63,938 nucleotides of DNA, filler included, from an uncultured bacterium (GCA_964471275.1; 4 parts of 4 records of this genome joined end to end with filler, not necessarily neighbours in it); one strand, 5' to 3'; counted from the first letter of the whole stretch, positions 31,230 to 42,179 are shown. Notes: generated by a model not told the origin, from the sequence alone. Translations and numbers: made by a program.

Positions 31230-32498
31230 CTACTGCTTCTGAAACACGACTCCGAAGTCAGCGGGATTCGGAATCTCGTTTGCCGTGAATTGGCGACCCG
31301 ACGTGTAGTCCGAGATGTCCACAAAGGCCGCTGCCTTCTCGTTCGACTCATACGAGGCCATCAGGACGGCCATCGTATCCCAGGCCATCATCGCGCCGGA
31401 CTGCGGGAACTGGTTTTCGTTGAGCACGCAGTCTACGGCGTCGTTCATTTCGTTGACATACCCGTGTGCGTGGAACTGGTTGGGTATCGGGAAGGATGTG
31501 CCGCGCGCCGTCGGGAGTTTCTCTCTGAACAGAATGTCACCGGACGGTCCTTCGTCGGGCAGGAAGATCTCGTTGCTGTTGTTGGGATTGATCCTGACGT
31601 CATACTGACCGAAGTCGGCGATGATTGAGAGTTCGTTCTTTATCCCGCTGATGCTGAGGTCGTAACCCAGAACTTCCGCTACGGTCTCATCATCGAAGAC
31701 GATGGTGACGCGGCCGAAATCGTCGACATTCTGCATCACACGGAAATGCTCCCCCGCCGATTCCGGCTGGTTCTTCAGGATCTGGAGCGCAACGGCCGAG
31801 ATCTTCTTGGGACGAATCGGCACACCGTTCTTGAGAATGCCCTCTACCTGCTTGATGTAGAGGATCGGGCCGAGCGGATGACAGGCCTTGTTGAACAGCG
31901 CGCCGCCTCCCGATTTCGAGGGTGTATCGTAGGCCGGGGCGTGCGATCCCTGGTGAGCACATATCCCACGCTGGTAGAGGATTTTCCCCTTGTTACGTTC
32001 CGTTGCCTGAGTCATCACTTCGACAAGTCCCTTGACGCCATCGAAGTAGACAAAATCTTCCGCATACAGAAGCTTTGATTCCGCATATCGAACGGCATCG
32101 AGGACGGAGGAAAGGTAGTCCATTGTTTCGCGCTTCCGGGTCTCGCCATCCGCTTCACGTCCCTCCGTGTGACCGGGCCAGATGACGGGCGGCTTTTCGA
32201 GCACGATGACTCGAGTACCTGCCTTCGCTGCTTCGATCGTGTAGGGACCGTGGGCAAAGTTGGCACAGGCGATGTTGTCGATGTCCGGTTTCACCTGACC
32301 GACCATGTCCGCGTGGTTCTCGAACGCTTTGGCGATGCCGTGCTTCTGTGCGAAGGTTTCCGCGTTCTTGAGATGACCGGAGCAGACACCGGCGAGATCG
32401 ATCTCCACACCATTCTTGTGCGGAATCATTCCGTAGACCTGGGCCGTGTAGTCGCCCGCAAACCCCGTTCCGTTAATCGTGACCCTAAGCTTGTCCAT
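31230..32498 (-). CDS. Gfo/Idh/MocA family oxidoreductase
   Basis: NGTGFAG, LEKPP, YAED, SGGGALFNKACH. Confidence 0.8.
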   Translation of the reverse strand: MDKLRVTINGTGFAGDYTAQVYGMIPHKNGVEIDLAGVCSGHLKNAETFAQKHGIAKAFENHADMVGQVKPDIDNIACANFAHGPYTIEAAKAGTRVIVLEKPPVIWPGHTEGREADGETRKRETMDYLSSVLDAVRYAESKLLYAEDFVYFDGVKGLVEVMTQATERNKGKILYQRGICAHQGSHAPAYDTPSKSGGGALFNKACHPLGPILYIKQVEGILKNGVPIRPKKISAVALQILKNQPESAGEHFRVMQNVDDFGRVTIVFDDETVAEVLGYDLSISGIKNELSIIADFGQYDVRINPNNSNEIFLPDEGPSGDILFREKLPTARGTSFPIPNQFHAHGYVNEMNDAVDCVLNENQFPQSGAMMAWDTMAVLMASYESNEKAAAFVDISDYTSGRQFTANEIPNPADFGVVFQKQ

Positions 32499-32593
32499 TC
32501 ATCCACCGGTTCCGTGGAGAAACACGAGAGTGGGCCCATCGTTCTCGTTACGCTGCGTAAGCCGTCTGCCCCAGGATGTGGTTAGCATATCCA

Positions 32594-33652
32594 TTACGTA
32601 ATCACACCTCCACCGAGACAATAGTCTTGGTCATAGATCACGGCCCACTGCCCCGGCGCGATGCCAGGGTCGGGCGCATCCAATGATACGTGTGGTTCGC
32701 CACCATCCTCGATCGACACGCACGCATCTGTCATCTGTGGTCCGTGTCGAACCTTCACCTTCAGACGCTCACTTCCGGGCGGCCCGTCGATCCAGTTCGT
32801 GTCCCGGAGAGCGAAGCTGGCACGTGCCCGCCGCTCCTTCTCCGCTGAGTCGCTGACGTAGGTGATGTTCTTCTCGACGTCCTTCTCGACAACATACCAC
32901 GGTCCGCCTCCCAATCCCAATCCTTGACGCTGACCGATCGTGTGGAACCAGTATCCGTGGTGCTGACCCAGAACCTTACCGGTAACGATATCGATGATGT
33001 CGCCCGTCTTCTCACCAAGATGGTATCTGACGAACTCCGGGTAGCGGATCTTGCCAAGGAAGCAGATCCCCTGGCTGTCCTTACGATCCTTGTTGGGCAG
33101 ATCGGTCGCCCTTGCAAGTTCTCTCACGCTTTCCTTTGTCATGCCACCGATCGGAAATTCCAGACGGGCGACCTGATCCTGTGACAGGTTGCAGAGAAAA
33201 TACGTCTGATCTTTGACTTTGTCCGGCGAACGTTTGAGTCTTATCGACGATCCCGCACGTTCGACCTGCGCGTAGTGACCGGAGATGACGCGGTCGAAGT
33301 CGTTTCCGATGTGGTCAAGGAAGGCGCCGAATTTGATGCGCTGGTTACAGAAGATGTCGGGGCTCGGTGTTCGACCTGCTTTGAGCTCATCGATCGCCAC
33401 GGTGACGACGCGGTTCAGATACTCAGTCTGAAGCGGCACGATTTCGAGTGGAACGTCGAGTCGGTCGCATACCGTTCGCGCGTAGCCAAGGTCTTCTTCC
33501 CACGGACATTCACCAAGGTAAGCCAGTTCGTCTTCCAGCCAGATCTTCAGGTAGAAGGCCCTGACGTCATCGCCTCGCTTGTGGGCGAGTTGAAGGGCGA
33601 CTGAGCTGTCGACACCGCCGGAGAGGAGGACGGCGGATTTCAACGGACCCAA
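32594..33652 (-). CDS. mnmA: tRNA 2-thiouridylase
   Basis: LSGGVDSS, GRTPSPDIFCN..IKFG, SGHYA, KDQTYFL, DSQGICFLG, TIGQRQG, APGQ. Confidence 0.96.
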   Translation of the reverse strand: MGPLKSAVLLSGGVDSSVALQLAHKRGDDVRAFYLKIWLEDELAYLGECPWEEDLGYARTVCDRLDVPLEIVPLQTEYLNRVVTVAIDELKAGRTPSPDIFCNQRIKFGAFLDHIGNDFDRVISGHYAQVERAGSSIRLKRSPDKVKDQTYFLCNLSQDQVARLEFPIGGMTKESVRELARATDLPNKDRKDSQGICFLGKIRYPEFVRYHLGEKTGDIIDIVTGKVLGQHHGYWFHTIGQRQGLGLGGGPWYVVEKDVEKNITYVSDSAEKERRARASFALRDTNWIDGPPGSERLKVKVRHGPQMTDACVSIEDGGEPHVSLDAPDPGIAPGQWAVIYDQDYCLGGGVIT

Positions 33653-33745
33653 CAGTTCGGGTGTGGGATGTCAGAGGCAGGCACATTCATATACGGATTC
33701 AATGGTCGAAGGGGATGGGAATGGATCCTGTTGTGCGCCATCGGC

Positions 33746-34138
33746 CTATTCAGGGAAATCAGACGGCAGGGGGAGGGAGGAGACTTCGTGTCCCTCGGCC
33801 TTTGTCTTGTCACGATGGAGGTGTCCGGTACGGCCACCTTCGAGTGTCGCGTCTTCGAAGTAGAAGGCCTCGACGTCTTCGTAAACTTCGGTCATGTCGT
33901 GCTCTTCACCTGCTTGTGTGCAGACGATGTCACCCGGCTTGACGTAGAAGGCCTCGCCCTCCGTAACGACCTTTGCTTTGCCCTTGAAGATCAGCCAGTA
34001 TTCGTTACAGTCGTGGTAGTGGCAGTCGAACCGGCCGTCTACCGTTGAAACACGGAAGACACCGGCAGACGTCACCGCGCTCCAGGGCGGACGGTTGCCG
34101 GCTTTCATCGCGCCTTCGGATGTCCTGATGACAGGCAT
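33746..34138 (-). CDS. Cupin domain protein
   Basis: HYHDCNEYW..G and PGD..GEEH cupin motifs; AGGAG RBS before ATG 34138. Confidence 0.8.
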   Translation of the reverse strand: MPVIRTSEGAMKAGNRPPWSAVTSAGVFRVSTVDGRFDCHYHDCNEYWLIFKGKAKVVTEGEAFYVKPGDIVCTQAGEEHDMTEVYEDVEAFYFEDATLEGGRTGHLHRDKTKAEGHEVSSLPLPSDFPE

Positions 34139-34496
34139 GGTTTTCTCCTTCTTCTCACAGAGCGTTAATCTACCGACTTGCGTGTCCTCGTCAAGAATCC
34201 TCAGTCTGACTGACAGATGCAGCTTCAGAGAAGTTGGAAGCCCGCCAGCCTTACCGCAGCGTGTATGTGCCGACGCTGGTGCCTGAAACTTCTGGAGCGA
34301 CAAAATTCTGGATCCATTGGCCATCCGGCTCAAGCGTGAAGACAGTGCGATCCAGCGGCGAGACGAAATGCGGTTGGTTCTGATAAGCAGCCAGGAGCCG
34401 ACAACGCACGTTCCGATCAGGCGAACCATACGACTCTCCAAGGTGTGAGAGGAGTGGTTCACAATTAAGCGGGTGCAAGACCTGCAGCAGGTCTCG

Positions 34497-35564
34497 TCAG
34501 GAATAGCGCCCGAACTCGATCGCCGCTTCATACAGGGCGACGACGTTCTCTGTGGGTGAGTTGTCCTGCAGCTGGTGAGTCGGGGCAAGCGCGTAACCGC
34601 CGCCGGGCATCATCGTTTCGAGCGTTTCGCGGACGTTCTGTCGAGTCTCTTCGGCCGATCCGTATGTGACGGGTCCGGCCGTGGATATTGCGCCGTGGAA
34701 GGCGAGCCGGTTGCCGTAGGTGCTCTTCAGGTGCTCCGGCGACATGTTATCCGCCTCCGGCTGCAGGGTGTCGACGATGTCGATGCCCATCTCGATGAAG
34801 TCGTCAAAGGCCCAGCTACTCGATCCGCACGAGTGAACCATTACGGGAACATCGTAGGACTTCGCCAGATCGACGAACTGCTGGTGCATGGGGCGCAATC
34901 GCCTGCGATAGAGATCGATGCTGATCATCGGGCCGATCTGTGTTCCGAGATCTTCACCGATCCAGAGCATATCCACGCGTCCCTTTGCGAGTGAGAGGGT
35001 ACGCTCCGTCACGGCAAGCGTGATCTCCGTCTTGCGCTCGATGTAACGAAGACAGGCCGGGTCATCGGTCATGAGGTCGACAAGAACCTGTTCCATAGTT
35101 CTGACCATACCGGTGCTATTGATGATGTCAGCGACGCCCGGGTTGCCGATAACCAACGCGTAGTCGGCGTACTGCTCGCAGAGCCGGTCGATTTCGGTGT
35201 AATCATAGTCGTCCGGTGATGGCATCGGCCAGTGTTCGATGGTGTCGAGATCGGCAGCCTGCAGGGGCCAGACGCAGTAATCCCAGTAGCCGCCGCTTTC
35301 GTGCTCGATCCAGCGTCGGTGTTTACCCCATTCGTCGACGTTGACGCCACGCGGGGCATCGTGCAGCGGCGGACCAATGTATCGCACCGGTATCCCCCGA
35401 AAGTCGACGTTCAGCACCTTCCGCAATCCTTCGTCGTCCCGGCTGTCGAGGTGGAAATGCGATTTGAGCCGCCGGTCGATTCCCGGATTGCACAGGTAGT
35501 TGATCGGCACGCGATCCGGCTGTGTGTGGCTGAGTGCGGCGAGTACTCGTTCTTTGGATGTCAT
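34497..35564 (-). CDS. Uroporphyrinogen decarboxylase-like (MtaA/CmuA methyltransferase fold) protein
   Basis: MTSKERV..PDRVP, DEWG, EDLGTQ, HSCG, LQPEA, GGYALAPTH. Confidence 0.85.
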   Translation of the reverse strand: MTSKERVLAALSHTQPDRVPINYLCNPGIDRRLKSHFHLDSRDDEGLRKVLNVDFRGIPVRYIGPPLHDAPRGVNVDEWGKHRRWIEHESGGYWDYCVWPLQAADLDTIEHWPMPSPDDYDYTEIDRLCEQYADYALVIGNPGVADIINSTGMVRTMEQVLVDLMTDDPACLRYIERKTEITLAVTERTLSLAKGRVDMLWIGEDLGTQIGPMISIDLYRRRLRPMHQQFVDLAKSYDVPVMVHSCGSSSWAFDDFIEMGIDIVDTLQPEADNMSPEHLKSTYGNRLAFHGAISTAGPVTYGSAEETRQNVRETLETMMPGGGYALAPTHQLQDNSPTENVVALYEAAIEFGRYS

Positions 35565-36559
35565 ACCCTTGCGGTCGAATAGCGATCAGCCGTCCCGCGG
35601 CTGACAAAGCGGTCGCAGGCGAATTCCTGCCAATCGGGATCGAGTCCGATCGAGGCATTGTCGCTGTAGTAGCCTGCGACATACCCCCCTTGCCCCGCCC
35701 AAAGCTTGTCCAGCATTTCGTCCGCCTTGCTCTCAATGGTCACTCGATCGCGGGACTGGAGGGTCGCCTGGATGTCAACACCGCTCCAGAACGTGATGTT
35801 GTCCTCTTCCTGGTAAGCCGCCAGTCTGTCGATCCCGTGCAGGTCCGGCTGGTCAAACTGCAGCAAGTCGATCCCTGCCTCGATCAGGCCGGGTACGATC
35901 GCTTCGATCTTTCCGCAGGAGTGCATGAAGACGTGGAGATCCAGTTCGTGTGCGATGCTGCAGAGCCGCTCGAAACGTGGAAAGAACTCCTCGCGCCACA
36001 GGGCCGGGCTGACGAGCATCCCATTCTGCGTACCCCAGTCTTCTGGAAACATTACAGAGTCGACTCCGGCGGCCGCATAGTTCCGGATGGTATCTTCCAG
36101 AAGCTTGTCGATCCGATCGTGCAAGACGCGAATGCGATCTCGATCGAGAAGCAAGTCCATCAGGTATTGCTCCATTCGCCTCATCTTACGGGCGATGTTG
36201 AAGGCGAATCCCGGGAGCCCGCCGATCAGCCACTGGTCCGGGTGTTCCTCACGTCGTGCAATAACGGGATCGTAGTCGGCGGTCTTGCTGAAATCGGGAA
36301 ATCGATAGGTATCCAGATCCGAAAATGTCTCCAGGACACCTCTTTCGACCTCGCCTTTGGATGTCGGATCTATCCTGCTCCAGGTGTTGCCCCACTCATC
36401 GGTCCGCTCCCAACGGTCGGTGTCTACAAGCTCCCAGCCCGTGGCGTGGGCCTGCACATCCGGACGGGCGGACACAAAGTCTGAATCGTGGAACGATCGA
36501 GCCACGCGCTCCGGCGTGTCGAAGGTGAGTGTTCTTCGGACGATTTCTCTGGACGTCAT
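35561..36559 (-). CDS. Uroporphyrinogen decarboxylase-like protein (paralog)
   Basis: MTSRE, DEWG, EDWGTQ, HSCG, DIQ.TL; stop overlaps the next ATG. Confidence 0.85.
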   Translation of the reverse strand: MTSREIVRRTLTFDTPERVARSFHDSDFVSARPDVQAHATGWELVDTDRWERTDEWGNTWSRIDPTSKGEVERGVLETFSDLDTYRFPDFSKTADYDPVIARREEHPDQWLIGGLPGFAFNIARKMRRMEQYLMDLLLDRDRIRVLHDRIDKLLEDTIRNYAAAGVDSVMFPEDWGTQNGMLVSPALWREEFFPRFERLCSIAHELDLHVFMHSCGKIEAIVPGLIEAGIDLLQFDQPDLHGIDRLAAYQEEDNITFWSGVDIQATLQSRDRVTIESKADEMLDKLWAGQGGYVAGYYSDNASIGLDPDWQEFACDRFVSRGTADRYSTARV

Positions 36560-36801
36560 CTGGTCCGCTCCTCACAGCGCAGTTCGCGGGGTTTGGCGAC
36601 GCCGGGTCGTCGGGTGACGATCATATAAAAGAGGTAAGAGTTTTCCGGTTGCGTTGAAGTCGGGAGGAAAGACTTCTCCTCTGAGTCTACCACAATGGCA
36701 GAGACTGGTCAAAGCGTGAGGTGGCAAGGTCAAGTGCCAAGCTCAGTTGAAACGTATCCGGCTCCCTGTTGGTGTTATGCTGTCTGCTGCGTGTTGGGTT
36801 G

Positions 36802-36901
36802 NNNNNNNNNNNNNNNNNNNNNNNNNNNNNNNNNNNNNNNNNNNNTTAATTAATTAANNNNNNNNNNNNNNNNNNNNNNNNNNNNNNNNNNNNNNNNNNN
36901 N
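36802..36901. other. Artificial contig linker
   Basis: 100 nt N-TTAATTAATTAA-N. Confidence 0.97.
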
Positions 36902-37617
36902 GCACCGGCCGACATGATGTCGTATAGGATGATCGGCTTACCGAAACTCGGCGCCTCGCCAAGTTTGACGTTCCGTCCGATGACTGTCTTGTAGACGGTA
37001 TCGCCAAAGTGTGATCGTGCTTCGTCCGCTACCTGGCGGGAGAGATTGAGACGCCCATCGAACATCGTGAGCAGGACGCCTTCGATCGCCAGCCTCGGGT
37101 TCAGGTGCCGCTGAACCAGCTTTACCGTGTTCATCAGTTTGCTCAAGCCCTCCAGCGCGTAGTATTCGCACTGAATCGGGATCAGGACGGAGTCCGCCGC
37201 TGTGAGTGCGTTGAGGGTGAGTAATCCGAGAGAGGGGGGACAGTCGATGAAGATGTAATCATACTCCCCGCGGGCAGCTTCGAGTGCCTCCTCGAGACGT
37301 CGTTCGCGAGAGATAACGCTGACCATCTCGACCTCGGCTCCCGTGAGACGGATATGCGAGGGTGCGAGTCTGAGGTAGGGTACGTCGGTTTCCCGGATGA
37401 TGTCGCCAATCGGACGATCCTGAACCAGGACCTCATAGATCGAGGGAGCATCTTCCTCGATCGGGGAGCCGTAGCCGCTCGTTGCGTTGGCCTGGGGGTC
37501 CATGTCGATCAGGAGCGTACGTTTTTCGGCAACAGCGAGACACGCCGCCAGATTCACGGATGTCGTTGTCTTGCCAACGCCGCCCTTCTGATTGGCGATA
37601 GCGATGATTTTGGACAT
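36902..37617 (-). CDS. parA: Chromosome partitioning ATPase ParA/Soj (3' end lost at contig edge)
   Basis: [44 protein letters not shown]. Confidence 0.95.
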
Positions 37618-37713
37618 GTCGCTCGCAGCTATAGATGTAGGTACATCGGGGGAGTCGGAGAGGGGAATGGGCTTCCGACTACAGCATCTGGGGGGAGATT
37701 ACCTTACGGTCAG

Positions 37714-37742
37714 AATATAGGAGATGGTCGGTGAGCACGCAA
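37714..37742 (-). promoter_or_regulatory. Sigma70-like promoter of parA
   Basis: TTGCGT-17 nt-TATATT on the minus strand. Confidence 0.55.
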
Positions 37743-37863
37743 GCGATCCGGGTCTGCGACAGAAAGAGCCCGACGGCCGTCTGAGCAGGACGTGGCCCCC
37801 AAGCTGCCTCCGAAGGACCCCGTGTTGTCCCTACCGCGACTCAGGGCCTCCGGCATAGGATAG

Positions 37864-37898
37864 AAAGCGCCCCCGAACACGGATGAGCTCGGGGGCGC
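37864..37898 (-). terminator. Hairpin terminator after ppdK
   Basis: GCGCCCCCGA..TCGGGGGCGC stem with a short T run. Confidence 0.65.
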
Positions 37899-37923
37899 CT
37901 GGGTAAAGCTCTATGGCTTCGAT

Positions 37924-40584
37924 CTAGCCGAGTGCCGCCTGGGCAGCAGCCAGACGTGCGATCGGGATACGATAAGGAGAGCACGAAACGTAGTTCATTC
38001 CCACCGAGTGGCAGAATCGGACTGACGCCGGATCACCACCGTGCTCGCCGCAGATTCCGACCTTGAGCGATTTCCGTGACTTCCGCCCACGCTGTGTTCC
38101 GACCTCGACCAATTGGCCAACGCCCTCCTGGTCCAGCGACTGGAAGGGGTCCGTTCCCAGGACGCCCTTGTCGACGTACTCGCCGAGGAACTTGCCGGCA
38201 TCGTCACGTGAGTATCCGAAGGTCATCTGTGTCAGGTCGTTTGTCCCAAAGCTGAAGAACTCAGCCGTTTCGGCGATCTGGTCCGCGATAAGTGCAGCAC
38301 GAGGGATCTCGATCATTGTACCGACCAGGTAGTCGACCTTTACCTTCTTTGCAGCCACAACCTCAGCGGCAATACGATCTGTCATCTCACGGAGATCGGT
38401 GAACTCGCGAACCGTTCCGACCAACGGGATCATGATTTCAGGAATCGCCTTGATCTTCTTCTTCTTGCAATTGACAGCCGCTTCAATGATGGCCTGAACC
38501 TGCATCTCGTAGATCTCGGGATACGTGATCCCGAGGCGACAACCCCGGTGTCCGAGCATGGGGTTGAATTCGTTGAGCGATTCTACCTTGTCCCGCACGA
38601 CTCGAGCGGTAACGCCCATCTGCTTAGCCATGTCCGCTTGCTGGTCCTTTTCGTGCGGTAGGAACTCGTGAAGAGGTGGATCCAGGAGGCGGATTGTAAC
38701 CGGCAATCCCTTCATCGCCTTGAAGATTCCTTCGAAGTCACCACGCTGAATCGGCAGCAGCTTCTTGAGCGCGCGCCGACGTCCGGTTTCATCGTCGGCA
38801 AGGATCATCTCTCGGACCCAACGAATCCGGTCGGCTTCGAAGAACATGTGCTCTGTGCGGCAGAGACCGATGCCCTGTGCGCCGAATTTACGCGCGACAT
38901 CTGAATCGTGCGGGGTGTCAGCATTTGTACGGACATCGAGTTTTCGATACTCGTCTGCCCACTTCATCAACGTCCCGAAGCTGCCGGAGAGCTTGGGCTC
39001 CTGGGTGTCCACCTGACCGAGCATCAGTTCACCCGATGATCCGTCCAGGGAAACCCAATCACCTGCCTTGACCGTGGTCTTCCCGACCGTAAAGAGATCC
39101 TTGCCGTAGTCGATGCTTATGTCACCGCATCCTGCAACGCAGCACTTGCCCATACCGCGCGCAACTACCGCTGCGTGGCTTGTCATACCGCCACGTGCCG
39201 TCAGAATCCCGTTTGCAGCGTGCATGCCGCCGATGTCTTCAGGGGATGTTTCCAATCGAACGAGGATGACGGATTCGCCCTTCTCTGTCTGGATCTCTGC
39301 TTCCTCGGCCGTGAAGACGACCTTTCCCGTCGCTGCACCTGGCGAGGCTGGTAGGCCCTTGGCTAGGACGTTGCGCGCGGCTTTGGGGTCGAAGGTCGGA
39401 TGGAGCAGTTGATCGAGCTGATCGGGTTCGACACGCATCACGGCTTCTTTCTTCGTGATGAGACGCTCCTTGACCATGTCGACGGCGATCTTGAGCGCTG
39501 CGGCTGCGGTACGTTTCCCGCTACGCGTCTGCAGCATCCAAAGTCTGTTCTCCTGCACGGTAAACTCGATGTCCTGCATGTCGCGATAGTGTTTCTCGAG
39601 CTTGTTGTAGATGCCTTCGAGGGTCTTGTAGGCTGCGGGCATCTTGCGCTTCATGTGCGAAACTGGTTCGGGCGTTCGGACGCCAGCGACGACATCCTCT
39701 CCCTGGGCGTTGATCAGATACTCGCCATAGAACTTCCGCTCGCCCGTTGAGGGGTTTCGCGTGAAGGCAACGCCGGTCGCACAGTCGTCACCCATGTTGC
39801 CATAGACCATTGACTGAACGTTGACGGCTGTGCCCCAGTCGTGCGGGATGCCGTTGATATTCCGGTAGATGATCGCACGGGCACCGTTCCAGGACTTGAA
39901 AACCGCGCTAATTCCGCCCCAGAGTTGCACCTGCGGATCCTGCGGGAAGTCCTGCCCCGTGCGCCGTTTGACGATTCGTTTGAACTCCGTCGTAAGCTGT
40001 TTGAGGTCGTCGGCGGAGAGATCCGTATCGAGCGCAACACCGCGCTTGTCCTTCATCTTGTCGATCGCGACCTCAAAGGGATCGTGTTCCTTACCCTCCG
40101 GGGCGACACCCATGACAACATCACCGTAGGTCTGGACAAACCGCCGGTAGGCGTCCCAGACAAAGCGGTCGTTGCCTGTCTTGTCAATCATCGCGGCAGC
40201 GGTCTCGTCGTTCAGCCCGAGATTCAGAACTGTTTCCATCATACCGGGCATGGAGACTCGCGCGCCAGAACGAACGGACAGGAGGAGCGGGTTGTTCGGG
40301 TTGCCGAACTGAGCGCCCATTGTCTTCTCGAGCTTCTTCAAGTTCGTCTGGATCTGACCCGTCAGTTCACGCGGATACCTCTCGCCGTGGGCGTAGTAGT
40401 ATGTGCAGATCTCTGTCGTGATCGTGAATCCGGCCGGAACAGGAATCCCGATCGAAGACATCTCGGCCAGGTTTGCGCCCTTGCCGCCGAGCAAATTCTT
40501 CATCGTGCCGCTTCCGTCAGCCTTTCCGTCACCAAAGTAGTAGACCATCTTCTTTCTGGCGGCGGTTTTCTTGGCTTTTGCCAT
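37924..40584 (-). CDS. ppdK: Pyruvate, phosphate dikinase
   Basis: [53 protein letters not shown]. Confidence 0.98.
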   Translation of the reverse strand: MAKAKKTAARKKMVYYFGDGKADGSGTMKNLLGGKGANLAEMSSIGIPVPAGFTITTEICTYYYAHGERYPRELTGQIQTNLKKLEKTMGAQFGNPNNPLLLSVRSGARVSMPGMMETVLNLGLNDETAAAMIDKTGNDRFVWDAYRRFVQTYGDVVMGVAPEGKEHDPFEVAIDKMKDKRGVALDTDLSADDLKQLTTEFKRIVKRRTGQDFPQDPQVQLWGGISAVFKSWNGARAIIYRNINGIPHDWGTAVNVQSMVYGNMGDDCATGVAFTRNPSTGERKFYGEYLINAQGEDVVAGVRTPEPVSHMKRKMPAAYKTLEGIYNKLEKHYRDMQDIEFTVQENRLWMLQTRSGKRTAAAALKIAVDMVKERLITKKEAVMRVEPDQLDQLLHPTFDPKAARNVLAKGLPASPGAATGKVVFTAEEAEIQTEKGESVILVRLETSPEDIGGMHAANGILTARGGMTSHAAVVARGMGKCCVAGCGDISIDYGKDLFTVGKTTVKAGDWVSLDGSSGELMLGQVDTQEPKLSGSFGTLMKWADEYRKLDVRTNADTPHDSDVARKFGAQGIGLCRTEHMFFEADRIRWVREMILADDETGRRRALKKLLPIQRGDFEGIFKAMKGLPVTIRLLDPPLHEFLPHEKDQQADMAKQMGVTARVVRDKVESLNEFNPMLGHRGCRLGITYPEIYEMQVQAIIEAAVNCKKKKIKAIPEIMIPLVGTVREFTDLREMTDRIAAEVVAAKKVKVDYLVGTMIEIPRAALIADQIAETAEFFSFGTNDLTQMTFGYSRDDAGKFLGEYVDKGVLGTDPFQSLDQEGVGQLVEVGTQRGRKSRKSLKVGICGEHGGDPASVRFCHSVGMNYVSCSPYRIPIARLAAAQAALG

Positions 40585-40693
40585 ACAACTCCTCCTAACT
40601 CACCAGCTCCCACACCGTATGGCGGATCTGCGGTGAATGTGTTCTGGGAAAATTGTTCAAAACGCTGTAAAACAGGCCATTCTGGCCGGATCG

Positions 40694-40722
40694 AATATAT
40701 AAGTTCAGCTAAGTGGGAGCAA
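40694..40722 (-). promoter_or_regulatory. Sigma70-like promoter of ppdK
   Basis: TTGCTC-17 nt-TATATT on the minus strand. Confidence 0.55.
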
Positions 40723-40749
40723 GCGAATTGAGAAGCAGGCGAGTGATTA

Positions 40750-41982
40750 TCAGGGAGTAGCGAGGCTGAGGTCGTCTGTCTTCTTCGATTTGCTGGAAGT
40801 AGGCGCTGTGGCGGGTTTCTGTCCTGTGCCACCTTCTGGTTTTGCGATAGTGGGAGGTGGCGTCTGTTTGCTTCTTACCGGAACCGTCAGGCCTTTGCCG
40901 GCTTCGATGGCGCTGTCGCTCTCGATGCCGAAGGCAATCTGTAGAATGCTGCGACGACCCACGATGATTCGGAGGTCCGCAGTCGAGCCGTATCTGAGGG
41001 GGATGGGCGTGCTCTTGATGTCGACTTCGAGCCCGAATGTTCTGGCACCGCCCTCGTGTACGGCATACCCGTAGACCTCAGAAACGCCGCCAAGGCCCAG
41101 GAACTCTTCGGGATTTGTAAACAAGTTGCTCAGGATTTCGACTGGCTGACCGGGTCGTACCTTCCACGCATCCTTTTCGCCCATCCAGGCGCTCAGGACA
41201 GGAGACTCGCCCAGACCCGCGATAATCAGTACGATCTGGCCTTGGTCAGCGAGCATCCCCGGGTAGAGATCCTGCCGAGCGACGACTCCGTGAACCGGCG
41301 AAGTCAGTGTCGCCAACTCCAAGGCCTCACCCGCAGCCTTGAGATCCTGCGTGGCTCGTTCGAGGTTGGCTTCGGCTTCCTGCACCTCCGCGTTCGCTTG
41401 TCCAAGTTCGGATAGCGTCGGTCCCCGTCTGACCATATTCAGCGTTTCAGCAGCGACCCGGAGGTTTGCCTCTGCCAGATCGTAGTTGGTCTGTGCGCGG
41501 TCGAGGTCTTCCTGACTCCACAATCGCTCGCCAAGGTACAGATGCTTGGCCCTGTCGAGGCTCTGCTTCCGCGCCTTCAGGTTTATCTGGGCCTGTTCGC
41601 GCCTCGATTCCGCGATCCGGATCTCTTCTTCCGTCGGTTGCTCCTCTAGCAGGGCGAGCCGTGCTGTAGCGACCTTGAGGGTCGCTACAGCCCCCTTGAG
41701 TTCTTTCTCTGACGCTGAAACATTTGCCCTCAGGTCGCCGTCATAGAGAAGGGCTACCGGATCTCCCGCGCGGACGGTGTCCCCCGCCTCCGCTACGATT
41801 CGCTTGACGACGCGACGTAATGGCGAATCGATGTAGATCTTGTCGCCCGGCTCCGTGATGCCCTGCGCCATGACCACGTCATCGATCTTGATCAGGCCAA
41901 GGGCGACGACAATCGCCCCGAGTGCAGCGATTGTGAAGAGGGCCCAGCGTTTTACCTTGCTCTTCCTGCGTCTCTGCAGCAT
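40750..41982 (-). CDS. HlyD-family membrane fusion/periplasmic adaptor protein
   Basis: N-terminal TM, lipoyl half-motifs (GDTVRAGD, LTSPVHGVV), long coiled coil, VRPGQ beta-barrel. Confidence 0.85.
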   Translation of the reverse strand: MLQRRRKSKVKRWALFTIAALGAIVVALGLIKIDDVVMAQGITEPGDKIYIDSPLRRVVKRIVAEAGDTVRAGDPVALLYDGDLRANVSASEKELKGAVATLKVATARLALLEEQPTEEEIRIAESRREQAQINLKARKQSLDRAKHLYLGERLWSQEDLDRAQTNYDLAEANLRVAAETLNMVRRGPTLSELGQANAEVQEAEANLERATQDLKAAGEALELATLTSPVHGVVARQDLYPGMLADQGQIVLIIAGLGESPVLSAWMGEKDAWKVRPGQPVEILSNLFTNPEEFLGLGGVSEVYGYAVHEGGARTFGLEVDIKSTPIPLRYGSTADLRIIVGRRSILQIAFGIESDSAIEAGKGLTVPVRSKQTPPPTIAKPEGGTGQKPATAPTSSKSKKTDDLSLATP

Positions 41983-42001
41983 CTCAAAATTCCGTTGATT
42001 C

Positions 42002-42030
42002 TTGACACAAACAGGCCAGAAATCTATTAT
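42002..42030 (+). promoter_or_regulatory. Sigma70 promoter of tRNA-Lys
   Basis: TTGACA-17 nt-TATTAT. Confidence 0.75.
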
Positions 42031-42049
42031 TCATCCCGCTTGATGGGGA

Positions 42050-42124
42050 GGGCCCGTAGCTCAGGGGTAGAGCAGCGGCCTTTTAAGCCGTTGGTCGAAG
42101 GTTCAAATCCTTCCGGGCCCACCA
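42050..42124 (+). tRNA. tRNA-Lys (anticodon TTT)
   Basis: GGGCCCG/CGGGCCC acceptor stem, TAGCTCAG D arm, anticodon loop CTTTTAA, GGTTCAAATCC T arm, encoded CCA. Confidence 0.97.
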
Positions 42125-42149
42125 AAACCTTTCTAGAGCATAAACGATT

Positions 42150-42179
42150 GGCCCGAATGTCTGATTCGGGCCTTTTTTT
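42150..42179 (+). terminator. Rho-independent terminator after the tRNA
   Basis: GGCCCGAAT-gtctg-ATTCGGGCC followed by TTTTTTT. Confidence 0.85.

Noticed and set aside
34139..34496. N-terminal extension of the cupin ORF to 34588, and ORF 34251-34478
   Set aside because: The extension overlaps the upstream gene and a good RBS marks ATG 34138; the small ORF has no support beyond a possible remnant
37745..37860. Possible structured ncRNA between ppdK and parA
   Set aside because: No recognisable family; the region is explained by a terminator and a promoter
32594..42124. mnmA near its substrate tRNA-Lys(UUU) and the sulfur cluster
   Set aside because: They are on different contigs separated by an artificial linker
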